A stretch of 64,000 bases of DNA from Paraspadella gotoi (Eukaryota > Animalia > Chaetognatha), in the NCBI GenBank assembly GCA_051294375.1, contig CM119267.1:19915546-19979545 (forward strand), in the 5' to 3' direction. Made by a program: the position numbers and the translations under genes. This document shows positions 1 through 16,003 of the stretch, in pieces. Below the pieces are notes generated by a model. The model made no database searches, had not been told where the DNA came from, and saw only the letters and a program-made list of their open reading frames with translations. How positions within the stretch are numbered: position 1 is the first letter of the stretch; every line of letters begins with the position of its first letter.

Positions 1-59
1 AGCCTTCAAGAATAAAGTTTTGAACCCCCGCCCCTATTGAATTTAATTTCATAGTAGAT

Positions 60-548
60 TTCTAATTATATTGCTATATAATGTCAAAATTTTTTTTGGG
101 ATATTTTAAATTTTTTTAATTGATTCTGATAGAGCTTAAAAGTTAAGCAAAAAATATAATTACAACTTTTTAAAATTTTGATGTTTTATTATTAAAATTT
201 AGTAAAAACTGCTAAAATCATCGGATGATGATGATGATGATGAATTTTTAAGGTTTTTCTCAATTTAAACCACTTATCATCAAAATATTGGAAAAAGAAT
301 TATACTTTGTATAGATAACTTTTCATAAGCTATTTGAATCTGCTTTTAAAAATAAAAAATTCAAAAAAAAATTTTTGACATTTCCTATCTATAAATAAAT
401 ATTAAAAAATTAATTACTAATGCTTCTTGCATTTTAGAAAATTTTGCTCCATTGAAAGTTTTCTCAGAAATGTATGAATTTTCATTTGGAAAGGTTCCCA
501 AATCAAACTTCTGCTTCTGACCCACCCCATTGACGAAGTTTGGCTCTA
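60..548 (+). mobile_element. AT-rich non-autonomous DNA element, family A (copy 1; left end approximate)
   Basis: Reverse complement aligns by eye with 30625-31110 and it resembles 53795-54400. It ends ...GACCCACCCCATTGACGAAGTTTGGCTCTA, the same terminus as the copy starting TAGAGCCAAAC at 30625. Confidence 0.7.
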
Positions 549-559
549 GCTTAGTCCTA

Positions 560-985
560 GTCTTTTGGTTTTCTAATTTAAACTCTTTTCCACTCCTACA
601 CTTCCATCAAAAATTTATATCCAGCCTAATCACATACTTTTCTACCCACACACAAAATTTATCTATCAAATTTTTAATAAACATAATAAGTAAATATAAG
701 TAAATGTCACTTTTGTTTTTTTCCATTTTAACTCATTTCCACTCGCACGATTCCATCGAAACTTTATATCCAGCTCAATCACACACTTTCCGACTCACAC
801 ATTCCAATCCATCCATCCAATCACGAGTAATTGGAATTTAATACTATGGGGGGACGGACGTACATCGTTTTTTTTTCATAATTTATAATAATTCGATTTT
901 CTGATATAATAAAAATAATTTACCGATAAGATTTTGGGGTGGGACCGACGGACCGACAAAGTGAATTATAGAATCTGCTGATAAG
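560..985 (+). mobile_element. Dispersed repeat family B, helentron/DINE-1(HINE)-like (copy 1)
   Basis: Near-identical direct copy at 32780-33215. It has an internally duplicated core (TTTCCACTC...TATATCCAGC...CACAC) followed by GGACGGAC microsatellite-like motifs. Family class is inferred from this layout. Confidence 0.6.
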
Positions 986-1169
986 GTGATCTATCTCTGA
1001 GATATGGTCCCCCCCCCTCGAGTTCTTTAATTTTTTTCATCGATTTGTTTTGTTTTATGCACCTTCGAATGTTTGTTTACTTCTCAACTTTGGGTATTGA
1101 CTCAACTTCTCTAAAACGGCTCTGGCCAATAATCCTCATCGACGACAGCAACGGTAAATTTCCGGACTG

Positions 1170-1172
<3 letters not shown>

Positions 1173-1229
<57 letters not shown>
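1173..1229. repeat. (CT)n microsatellite (one of many: e.g. 3341-3453, 4149-4186, 8197-8242, 15963-16012, 21014-21210, 22303-22345)
   Basis: Direct reading; these give the SLSLSL/ERERER ORFs. Confidence 0.95.
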
Positions 1230-1234
<5 letters not shown>

Positions 1235-2190
1235 CAATGTATATAAAATCTAAAGTGTTTGCATTAACCGGATGAGAAAAACAACAAAACCCAAGCTCGA
1301 TAACAAACTTTTACGACTTCGTTGTCCCTACTCGATTCTTCCAGAAACGAGAAAACGAGGAAAAAAATTGCGAAGAAACCCTTTTTTTCTACTCGGAAGG
1401 ATCAAACGTTTTTTTTTTAAACGCGGATATTTTTTTGTCAAATTTGGTTCGATTTCCACTTAAATCTGTTATTTGCTGAACTTATTTCTCACAAACTTTT
1501 CTTAATTTATAAGATTCACGTGAGTTTCGATAAGAGAGAAATATTTCGATAAGATGTCGGAACTGATCGTCCGGGTCGTGAACGAATATGAGTCGATGGG
1601 ATCCGAACCACCTTGTCAAACATTTTTACTCCTCCTGACGCTCTGTAAACAATCTCTCAACTTTTGTTAAAAGAATCATCCGTCTACATTAAGGCGTAGT
1701 AAAATTTCTAAATTTAACTTTAATTACAATTTTAAAAGTGAGGAACGAATAACATAATACTAATGAACTTTTATGTATAAACAAATTTAAAATTATAAAT
1801 TTTACAATTTATGCAGTAGGCCATATTCATACATAGTAGTACTATTAGTACTAATCCAATAAATGTTTGAATAAAGAATAAAGAATTTGTAAAAATGATT
1901 TATATTTTATTTAATCAATCTTAACGAGAATTCAAATCTGCTATCAAAATTAAGAAGATTTTATAAACGTAATACTATATATAAATATAGCCTACTGCGA
2001 AAATTAAAAAACATAAAATTAATTTTTTTTTTACCAAATTAATGTTCAGTTTGTTCACTGATGGTAGGTTGTTCATAATTAACTTTTAGAATTTTCCTAC
2101 GTAACTTTCATTACGCTCTATTCTCCATTCGCGAACGTCGAAAATCTTAAAACAGTCACGAAAATTTCTTTTTTGAAAGATAGCTGCAAC

Positions 2191-5519
<3,329 letters not shown>

Positions 5520-6496
5520 ATTATTTTTCTCGAATCTCTTTCGATGGAGTCCCGAAAAAAAAAGGATATCAAGGTTATTTTATTCACTACTATTTCGTTC
5601 GTTTTCGTTTAGAATATTTTTGCAGTGTTTAAAGTGTATTTTTTACTGGCTTTTTCGACGCAAGGGTTTCGTTATTTAAAATTGTATTGAAAGTAATGCG
5701 CCCGTCTTTCGATTGAAAATCCTAATAGGAATATGATTTTCTGTTTAGGACATGGTTGTGCATCGAGAAATATACATTGTTTAACGTATTATGCATCTCT
5801 TAACTCCAAATTAGAAGTAAACTTGATTCATAATGGGGTTTTAAACAGAGCTTCGTTAAAACTGAAAGAAATGTGTCCTTCCGTTTCTTTTTCGAGATTG
5901 AACTTATTAAAATTGCTACTATGATGGACTAAAATCCACCAACCTTTCGATGGGCGAGTAGTTCTGTGAGCTAATATTCTAAAAAAAGACTAGGAATTCG
6001 GATATTAAGAAACAAAAAAGTTGAAAGTTGAACACCTTTAAAAGAAAATGCGTTTCTACTTCCGGTTTTCAAGACGCACTTTTGTATTGAGACAAATTTG
6101 TGAAAATAGCTCCTTTCCACTTGAAAAGAAACTTCAAATTTTAAACAATGGGTGGGGCGTACAATGACAACACATTGGCAATCATGGCATGAATAGCAGC
6201 ACTCGTTCCTGCGAATCTCGTCGCGAAAATAAGTTGTAAAACATTCTCGGTCCTTTGTATCAAACTCTTTAATATTTTTCGAGTACCTTATATGCAAATG
6301 GAATTACAGATTATAAAATCCAGTAGAATTCTTCGTCATGTAGTCAATCTCAGAGTTACGACCGAAATCGCCGCCAACACATTTGTACTTATAGTTATTT
6401 ACAACACCGGAGATTGTTGGGAGTCGATTTTTTCTTTGCCAACCTCATCGCGTGAGCCGCTTTCAACGCATTTCTCACAATTAACGTCGACTCAAA

Positions 6497-8194
6497 ATGT
6501 TCAAAGCTTTCGTCGTATTTCCTCTGGTTGTGGCGACTTGGGTGAGTGACGACGACAAAAGCGTGAAAATGCCTTGGCTTAAAGCTATGTGCCTTTTTTT
6601 TTTGTGGGCCGCTAGGACATTACATTACGATTCATGCTGATATTATTGTTTTAGAATCCATGAGCTTGTTGTATTGAGGAACCATTCAATTATCTTTAAA
6701 AAGGAATGCTTCTTGTGGATCTAAGGTGTATATAAGTAAAAGCGTGTTTTTAAATACCTGGATTTTCAATTTTTTTGTATGATTCAGATATAAAAATTAA
6801 TGTATGTAATTGAACGCACAGCAAAGTCGAATAAGCCAGGTACAAAATATATATTTTCTTTACCAACTTCTTAGTACATTTTCTAGACGTTGAAGCAACC
6901 AAACGGATTAGGAGGAAGGGAGAAAGAGCGATAAAGAACGAGAGGGAAGAATTTGCGAAATAGAGAACGAGAAAACCAGTGGGTATTACCCACTCACCTT
7001 CCCCTTACATGAGAACACCACCGCAAAACGAGTCAAGCTTTTTTCGAAGGTTAAAACTTTGACCCCTGCAGATCGGCCAAACAACCGAGGCGTAACCAAC
7101 TGAATTTTTTTCACTAGAGGAAAAACCCCCACTAAACTGGGGGCCCCAGTTTAGGGAATCGCCGTTCAGGGTCGCGCAGACCCTTAAGTCGAGGAAAACC
7201 CAAACAATTCATTCCATTTGAGTTTTGTTTTGTAAGTGTCACCGTTACGCAAATGGCTTCTGGAAAAGAAAGCTTTCAAGTTACTTTTTCCTTTCATCTA
7301 TAACTTCGAGGTCTTTATTTTTTTCCGTTTTCTTTCGACGCTTGAAAAACCAGAAAAACGTATTAATAATATCAACGGCTCATATTTCAGGGATGTCTGT
7401 ACTGAGATTTTATTTTAACTTATATGTTTTCAAAATTAAAAGTCAAGTTTCTGATACAATTTTCCCACATCAAAAATCAAAAACTGACAAAAAAAAAAAA
7501 AAAAAAATACAAGACTTTTTTTTTAATATTCCAAAGAGTTTACTTCAGCGTTCTGTTCCATTTCATCTTATCTTTCCTGTACGCCGAGATTTCTGATTCT
7601 GTTGCCAAACAATAACGTCTTTGTCTCCCTCTCTCTTTGACGCAAAAGAAAAAAAAAGGAGAAGAAACATGCAAATAATGACATTTTAGTCTCATGGCAT
7701 TATTTAATAAAGGTCGTCCTCCCCTAAGGTGGTCGCGGCGCAGTCGGCTGCCACGCTGCGTCTTCGCGTGGCGCCTCGCGGCGTCGTCTCTGGTCCGACT
7801 GCCGATTCTGACTTAGCACGCAAGATGCTCGAGGAGCACACAAATGCGCGCGCCGCCATCGGTGCCAACAAAATGATGCACGTGACGTGGGATCAGGAGT
7901 TGGCAGGTGAAGGGGAGAGAAGGGTTGCGGAGGAGAGGGAAAGAGAGAGAGAGAGAGAGGAAAAAAAAAAGTCGGTCAAGCGATTTTGAAAGACGGGATA
8001 AACTGTGTCAGCCCGCACTCAAAGATTGTGGAGTGAAAAAAAGAAAGAGAAGAAAGAACAAACGATATGAGTGAAATACGGATTAGGAGGAAGGAGAAAC
8101 AGCGATAAAGAAAGAGAGGGAAGAATTTGCGAAATAAAGAACGAGAAAATGAGAGAAACCTTGCATTTTCCGCGAAAGTGAAACCGTGTGCCTA

Positions 8195-8246
<52 letters not shown>

Positions 8247-10542
8247 AAAAGAAAGAGAAGATGAGAGGGAAGGATTAGAGAGAGAAATCCAGGAATCCGT
8301 ACAACAACCCGAATCAATAGGAGGGTGCGATGACACGAAAAAATGGAGGTAACAGAAAAAAAGCGTTTTCCAATTTTAATTTAAACAAAAGAACAAACAA
8401 TATGCTGGTTGATTTGAAAAAAGTTGGGGGGGGTTGGAAAGGGAATCTGAGAAGGAGGCAAGTTAGAGAGAAACGGATTTCGAAGTGAGGAGACCCTTTT
8501 CTATTTCCGCTTCGAAAGAAATTTGTTTTGACAGAACATTTTTTTTTTGTTCTTGTTTTATTTCATTGAAATTGAAAATCAAAATTCAAACAAAAGAAAG
8601 TGACGTCACTGACGGGTTTCTCACATCGGCGAAAGATGATTTTTTCCCCATGTGAGGAGTTTAAGAGACTGAATAATCAAGATACTAACCAAAACATCCT
8701 ATGTATAATTGTATATTGCATATATTCTATTTTTTGAAGAAAAAAAAAGCTCAGCTGGTTGACAAACCGAACCAAACCTTAGCCAAAATGCGGATGATAT
8801 CGTAGCTTGTGAATTTCACGACGTGAATGTTTTCACCCTGCTTTCCTTCGTTGTTTCCCCGCTGATTTCCCTCGATTATTTTTCCTGAAGCAAATGAAAA
8901 ATGATCATCGTCGAAAGAAAATCCCCGATTTTTAGGATTCGGGGCTCAAAACTTGGTAATAATGATAAATTCCCTTTTTTTCCCCTCCGTTAATCCCAAG
9001 AAAGCGTTCGTTTCCTAAAACGTGCCAACATTACAAATTAAACAATTTAACAGTGATAATTAGCATATAATGAAAACAGAAGCTATTATACTATAGTATT
9101 AAAAAAAGAGAGATATAAAATACCAGTGGATACCTGCGCCCCTCTCCCCCATGAATCTCCCCCTACCTCATCTCTCTCTCCGCCCTTATCTCCCGATTGC
9201 AGATCTGGCTGCTTTTCACGTTTCCTCCTGCGACTACGGGCACGGCAACTTCACTCTGCCCGACGGTAGAATCCTGGGTCAAAACATCGGCGCCTTCAAG
9301 TGGAGCCCAACGTTGGGGGAGTTTCCAGCAGGTGGGGGGGCATTTTTGACTCTGGCTTGGCGGTTTATTTGATCGTCGAACCACTAATTTATAAAATGAC
9401 GTGTATGTTTTAAATTCGCTTTTCTAGGAAACTAAAACTGGGAAGGAGGAAAGAAACTTCTTTCATAACATTATATATTCGATATATATAAAAATATTGA
9501 AATAAATGATAGGTTTTTCGGATTATTTAATATCGATGAAAAAATATTAAACTATCCTATGAGGCAATGAACATAAATTCATGCCATTTGCTCAGAAAAA
9601 CACGTCGAAAACTGGATGCTCGAAAAAAAATATTACGACCTCGAAGCGGCTCACTGTGATGACATGGCCTTGTGCGGACACATTAGGTACAGAAAAAAAT
9701 CGTCATTTTCTCTCTGCAGGATCGTAATTTCACGTCGAACTCGCTCGCACGATTTCAAGGCCCCCATCCAATTTTTTCTGCACAGATTTTATGAGAAACT
9801 TAATTACGTTTCCGAATTTAAACTCTGTTGGCAGAAAATGAAAAACTAAGGTTTATGGAAATTAATTATTTATAAAATAGTTAAAAAAAGGTTAATATAT
9901 AAAATTATTAATGTTTTTGTCCATATAGGAAAAGATTCTCAGGTTAAAAAAAAGAAACGAAGCTTTTGAGCCGAGCCAAGAAAGCGTTATTTTAGCGTTT
10001 CATGTTTATTAAGCGTTGAGTCGAGAAAAAAAAAACCTCATTTACTTTGCTAATTAGGCCGTGAGTGAGAACACGCAGTTTATATTTATGAGGGAATAAA
10101 ACGAGGCATAAAAAGAGATTAGCGAAAATAAGTGACACAAGATGAGCGAAAAAAAGATTGTCGCTTTAACGATCCATCCAACTGATTATTATACATTATT
10201 ATCGATTCATTTTCAAAGCCAAGTACTGTGGTCTCGAACCTCAAAAATCGGTTGCGCCTCGAAATATTGCGACAACGAGCAGGAAGACTACATGGTCTGC
10301 AATTACAGGTAGAGAAAGTCATGACTAGAGAAGAAAACTAGTAAGTTTGAGGATGTAAAAGGAATTCTCGATTGAAGGCCATTCGGTAACGAGCTCGGAC
10401 AAGCGGCTTACCAAGTGGACGGGGCGCCGTGCTCCCAGTGCAATCTAAAAGGTAATCCGTTTGTAAGGTCTGTCTGTCTATTCTGGAAATTATGTGTATC
10501 GTGGTAAGTTACCACAGTTAAATTTAAAAAAAATTGATCTCG

Positions 10543-10573
<31 letters not shown>

Positions 10574-11258
10574 GTTCTCTCTATTTAGTCTATTAGTATA
10601 GGGATTAGTGAATGATTATCTCTCTTTCTTAAAAAAAAAAAGAAAGGAAAAAGTAAATCATTTTTTTTTATAATTTACTTTCGGGTAATCTGAGATACAC
10701 GTATTTTTTTATAAACATTTCCTCATTAACTTCATTAGGCGGAACTGCTTGCGTTTCCAATCAGTGCGTCGATTGCCAAGAAAATTCAGAATTGGCCGGA
10801 GACGCGGAATGCCGTTCATACGACGAATCTAAATGCGTTGTGAGTGATAATAAAGTTAAAGATTAGACGAATAATAAAATATAAAAAGTCGGCGAAACTA
10901 ATCGACATATACATGTATTTGGATATGTGCAATTGTGCAGCGCGAATGACATAGATTTTCTTAAGACAGCTGTGCTCGTGATAGCGAGAATTGTGAATTT
11001 AAAACTATATAAATAGTGTTATCTGTTTATTATTCTTATATTTTATTAACCCAAAGGACAAAGTGGACTACTGCGACGACGTGCTCGAAGACTTTTGCAA
11101 CAGCGACATGTGGGAGACTTTCGCGCGAGAAAATTGCGTCAAGTTTTGCAAGTGAGATGATTAAAAATTGATTATTGCTTGAAACTTGAAAAAACTCGAT
11201 TCATGTTCTATTTAAAAATGAATCATTTTTCTTTTTTTTTTTACTCAGCTTTTGCTAA
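6497..11258 (+). CDS. CAP/SCP-domain secreted protein with Cys-rich hinge and C-terminal ShK domain (CRISP-like); exons 6497-6541, 7729-7906, 9203-9331, 9596-9686, 10219-10308, 10378-10451, 10739-10839, 11057-11151, 11249-11258
   Basis: Signal peptide MFKAFVVFPLVVATWVVAA. CAP motifs HTNAR, MMHVTWDQELA, GQNI, CGHISQVLW, IGCA, YMVCNYRPFGN. ShK-type CVDKVDYC...FC...NCVKFCNFC*. All splice phases are compatible. Confidence 0.9.
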
Positions 11259-11807
11259 AACAAGACCTGCAAAGGATTACACTGGAACCAATTTACCCAA
11301 GGACCTTGGGCTGAATTTTCTATTAAACCGATAATGTACTCTTCTGTAACCTTTACAAAATCATTTTAATTGAAGTTAAATAAAAAATAAACTGGGATTA
11401 TCTTACTTCTGATTATCGTTCTTTCCGTGAGCCTTTAGTAAGTACTAAATCAATACAACATTTTGCATAGAAGGCTTTGTGATCTTTACAAACGCCTACG
11501 AAAACACTTAAATGTTCAATGTTCATAGTAATCTATCTGGGTTTATCAAGAATGGCGAGAGTAAACGGAAAATCTCCGCCTCACCAAACCTCACCTATTT
11601 GCACAGTTTCACCACGTTTGATCGGGGCAAAGAGTCATAATCTCAAAAAAATAAAGAAAGTCACCCAGTTTTTAAGTGAGTTTTGTTTGTTCTTTGAAAA
11701 AATTCGACTTACCTAGAAAGTTGAGCGTCATATCGGCGAATCGCGATCCGGGGCCATCGAAGCGTCTCTCTAATCCCGGCTGAGATTAAAGAAGCAAAAA
11801 ATCGACG

Positions 11808-14800
11808 ATGACGTTTTTAAAAATCGCGTTTCTGTTTTTGCTGATCAACGTCTCGTCGTTGGCGGCTAAGGAAGATGAACATGACTCACAAAGATTTTTT
11901 GAAAGGGTGTTCAGGTAAATTGATTGATTTAGTACGATAGTACAAAATTTGATTACCTATTCCAAATATTTCGATACGTATTCCGCTTAACTTAATCCTT
12001 TATTTGAACTCACGTTAAAACCTAATGGGATCACTAATTACTCTAATTAAAGTAATTATATCCCCTACGATTGCAATGACACTCAAACAAATTCTCATAA
12101 CATTTTGTCCATCTTTTCCTATTTTAGATCCCTTCAGGATTACATAGGAGGCAACAAACGAGAAGAAACTGCTATTCATACGTCAGAAGCGAGTATTGAG
12201 GATACCACTCTTAACAATGCAGCCACTGAGGTCGTAACTCGAACCAGTGATGCCATAACGCAGGATTCCACTCCAAATATTTATGGGACAACAGAAGCCC
12301 CTTCCAAAATTAACAACGCAACTTCCAAGTTTTCCACGCAAACCAACCATGAGACCACAGAGGCTAAAGGAGCTTCTCATGAATCTTCCACTCAAAGCAC
12401 TGTTTTTGCGACCAAGAAGCCTACCCAATCTACAAGCACCGAAGAAGCCCTGACCACATCGGCCAGATTAACGACAGATAAAGAATCTCGACCAAGTAGC
12501 CAAACGAGCTCACGGCCCCGGACAACAAGAACGAAATCTGTCACAACCACAGCTTCGCCATCTTCGACGCAGTCCAAACTTGAAACAACAGAGAGCAAAT
12601 TGAAGCCTACGAGACAAGCAAGAACAACCAATACAGAACCAACTATGCCAAAAGTCTCTCCAACTATGGGTCATATATCAAAGGCAAAACATTCTTCATC
12701 ATCCCATGAAGCCACAACGGAACAAGATGTCGATACTACGGCTCACTCCCAAACTAATGGTGCGACTCAAACCAATGGGAACACGGTGGTTCCTACTCAT
12801 GCTATCACTGAGTCGTTTACTATGACTTCTGATAGAATATCCAGAAAAGTAACGCACTCTCCTCAAACAACAGAAGGGCAATCTCAATCAAGCAGCAAAT
12901 CCGCGGTAACAAGTTTGCGAACAATCGTTCCATCTGTAGTAAGCAAAATTACATCATCTCCAACGCAGGCAGGTAGCGAGTCAACAGTAATCAAGTCAAA
13001 ACCAACTAGACCTGCTAGAACAACAAACCAAGAACCGACCATGCCAAGTGTCTCTTCAACAAGCACAAAATCCTTACCAACCAGTTCACACTCAGCTACA
13101 TCAACAGAAAAAGCCCATGAGTCTACAGCAAACATGTATATATCAACCAGGAAAGCTACAGCTTTAGATACAGATGTCACAGCTTCAACAGTTATCACTA
13201 TTGAAGAGGCAGATGCTAGCAATGAGTTTGAGTCATTTTCTGAGACTCCAACAACAGTATTCACTAAATCCACGCAGCCCCCAATACAAAGAGTGACAAC
13301 AAAGGAGAAAACCACATCAAGCAGTAATTCTTCAGGATCAAATCTACAACAAGTTACAACAGAAGTCACGCCTACTTCAACGCAGTTAGAGCAGGAGACA
13401 ACAGTGAACAAATATAAGCCGAGAGGATCTTCTAGAACAACCAATACAGAATCAACCATGCCAAGTGTCTCTCCAACCAAAGGCACTCCTACTTCTACTC
13501 GTTCAGAAGCTGAGACAACAGCAAGCAGATTAAAGCCAACGAGACCTGGTAGAACCACCAACTCGGAACCAACTATGCCAAGTGACTCTCCAACCAAAGT
13601 CAAACCAACTTCAACCCGTTCAGAATATGAGACAACAGCGAGCAAATTAACACCGACTAGACCTGGTAGAACAACCAACTCGGAAGCAACCATGCAAAGT
13701 GTCTCTCCAACCAAAGTCAAGCCAACTCAAACCAGTTCAGAAGCTGAAACAACAGCAAGCAAATTAAAGCCAACTAGACATGGTACAACCGCCAACTCTG
13801 ATCCAACCATATCAAGTGTCTCTCCAACCAAAGTCAAGCCAACTTCAACCCGTTCAGGAATCTGAGACAACAGCAAGCAAATTAACGCCGACTAGACCTG
13901 GTAGAACCACCAACTCGGAACCAACCATGCCAAGTGTCTCTCCAACCAAAAGCACTCCAACTCAACTCGTTCAGAAGCTAAGACAACAGCAAGCAGATTA
14001 AAGCCAACGAGACCTGGTAGACCACCAACTCGGAACCAACCATGCCAAGTGTCTCTCCAACCAAAGTCAAGCCAACTCACCCGTTCAGAATATGAAACAA
14101 CTACGAGCAAATGGAAGACGACGATGCCAGCTACAACGACTAAGGTCGAACCCACTTCTCCCAAAGTCTCGTCTTCAGCGGGTAAAGCCTCGCCATCAAC
14201 GGCTAAAGTTTTTCCAACTTCGGGAGCAACCACAGCGTCGACTAAAACCACTCTCACTTCTCATGTCGCCACTTCCACTCCATTGCCACAAAAAAGCACA
14301 GTGAAGATCACTTCATCGGCGAGGAATGACGCCACCACTTCGGCCAAAGTCACCCAAACGACGAAGATTCTTCCGCCCACAGAATCCTCTGCTCGCGTCG
14401 TCGTTCCATATTTCAGGAAAAAAGTGCTGGCGTCCCACTCCAGGGAAAGGCAGCGGTTGCGCGCCACCAACATGATGCATTTGGTGGGTTTGACGAGAAA
14501 AAGAAATTATTTCACAATTTAACGAGTTAACTGGTTAACTAGCAGTGTACATAGGAAGCACTGTACACTGTACATAGGAAGAAGGTTAATTACTAGCTTA
14601 AGCAACAAAACCAAAATCATTTTAATAAAACCCACTTTTCACAGACTTGGGATGAAACCTTGGAAGAGTTGGCGTGGAAGAAAGCTCAAAAATGCACCTT
14701 CCACCACGGAGATTATTTCCTGTGAGTCGCTGATTTCTTCAGCATCTTCGATTCCTTGTCCTCTTTTATTTCATTATTCTTTAAAGATTTTTTTTTTTCA

Positions 14801-15750
14801 CCTTATTTTCACCCTTTCTCCTTCCGCCCCGCAAGTCCCGATATGAGGATGGTGGGTCAAAACATCGCTCTCTTTCCCCACGGAACAGACCCAGAGTCAT
14901 TCGTCCTCACTTGGGCCGAGGAAAAAAAATACTTCGACTTCGTTAGACGGAGATGTGATAACTTCGCCATATGTGGTCACTACAATCAGGTCTGAGAGAG
15001 GGAGGTCAGAATGCGGTCAAAGAAAGATAGAAGAACAACCAAAAGGTCAAGATATAGGACAACGTGTATGAATGTTGTGGTTTATCCGACAAATCGATTA
15101 ATACTTTTGAAAATAAAATTGCCGCCATAAAACTAAAAATTACTCTCTTCGACCAGATGATATGGCACGGCGCCGCTTCGGTCGGTTGTGCCCTGCAATA
15201 TTGCCCGCAAATCGGCGGCGACTTTATGGTGTGCAACTACTTGGAGTTCGGCAACCTCCCCGGCGAGGCGGCGTATAACGTTCTGGGTCAACCCTGCTCG
15301 GAATGCAATCTGAAGGGCGGAACTGCGTGCGTCGCCGATCAGTGCGTCGATTGCAAAAAGGAACGCGTTGCCAAGGTAAACGACGACGACGCCAAATTTG
15401 AATAATGAAATTAGCGTCTGGTCGTATACCAAATTTGACAATCATTGTCTGAATGTGAAAGTTCGACGTTGAATCTAACATTTTCCATCACCCAGGGAAC
15501 GCCATGCCGTCCTCACAAGTTTAAGCCCTGCGTCGATCGGTTTCCCTTCTGTCGTTTAATCATCCAGGAATTCTGTCCGATCTGGGGCTACCGATCTTGG
15601 GCCGAGAAAAACTGCAGGAAATTCTGTCGGTGCGTATTTACTATCGAGCCGAGGGGCGACTCTCTGCTGAGTATTGAGTAAGCATTTCACATATAAATTA
15701 GTATTAAATAATTGTTTCCACCTTTTTTTTGTAGGTTGTGTGATACATGA
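11808..15750 (+). CDS. Mucin-like Ser/Thr-rich repeat + CAP/SCP + ShK secreted protein; exons 11808-11914, 12128-14483 (frameshifts in repeat), 14645-14721, 14836-14989, 15157-15375, 15496-15629, 15735-15750
   Basis: Signal peptide MTFLKIAFLFLLINVSSLAA and a long T/S/P-rich region. CAP motifs NMMHLTWDETL, GQNI, CGHYNQMIW, VGCA, MVCNYLEFGN. ShK CVDRFPFC...NCRKFCRLC. AATAAA near 15770. Confidence 0.88.
13395..14110 (+). repeat. Coding tandem repeat, 117-nt (39-aa) unit, about 6 copies, plus dispersed partial units near 12580 and 12980
   Basis: Unit starts at 13395, 13512, 13629, 13746, 13864; consensus ETTASKLKPTRPGRTTNSEPTMPSVSPTKVKPTSTRSEA. Confidence 0.9.
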
Positions 15751-15958
15751 AATCGACGCCTCGTTACTTAATAAATAAATTAATTCAAGAACTAAAATGT
15801 GGCTTAAAATAAATATTATAGTTCCTCGATATTATCTTGAATGATTTAACCGAAATAAAACTAAAGAGTGAGTCATACGGTTTAATATTTTTATTATTAG
15901 TTCGGCTTATCTTCTCCCGCAGGGGAAAAAAAGAAAAAAGAGTGTGTGAGAGGGTGAG

Positions 15959-16003
<45 letters not shown>

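Noticed and set aside
12884-13720. 278-aa antisense ORF
   Set aside because: Shadow of the mucin repeat exon.
13395-14110. CRISPR-like array
   Set aside because: It is a coding tandem repeat without unique spacers, in a eukaryotic context.
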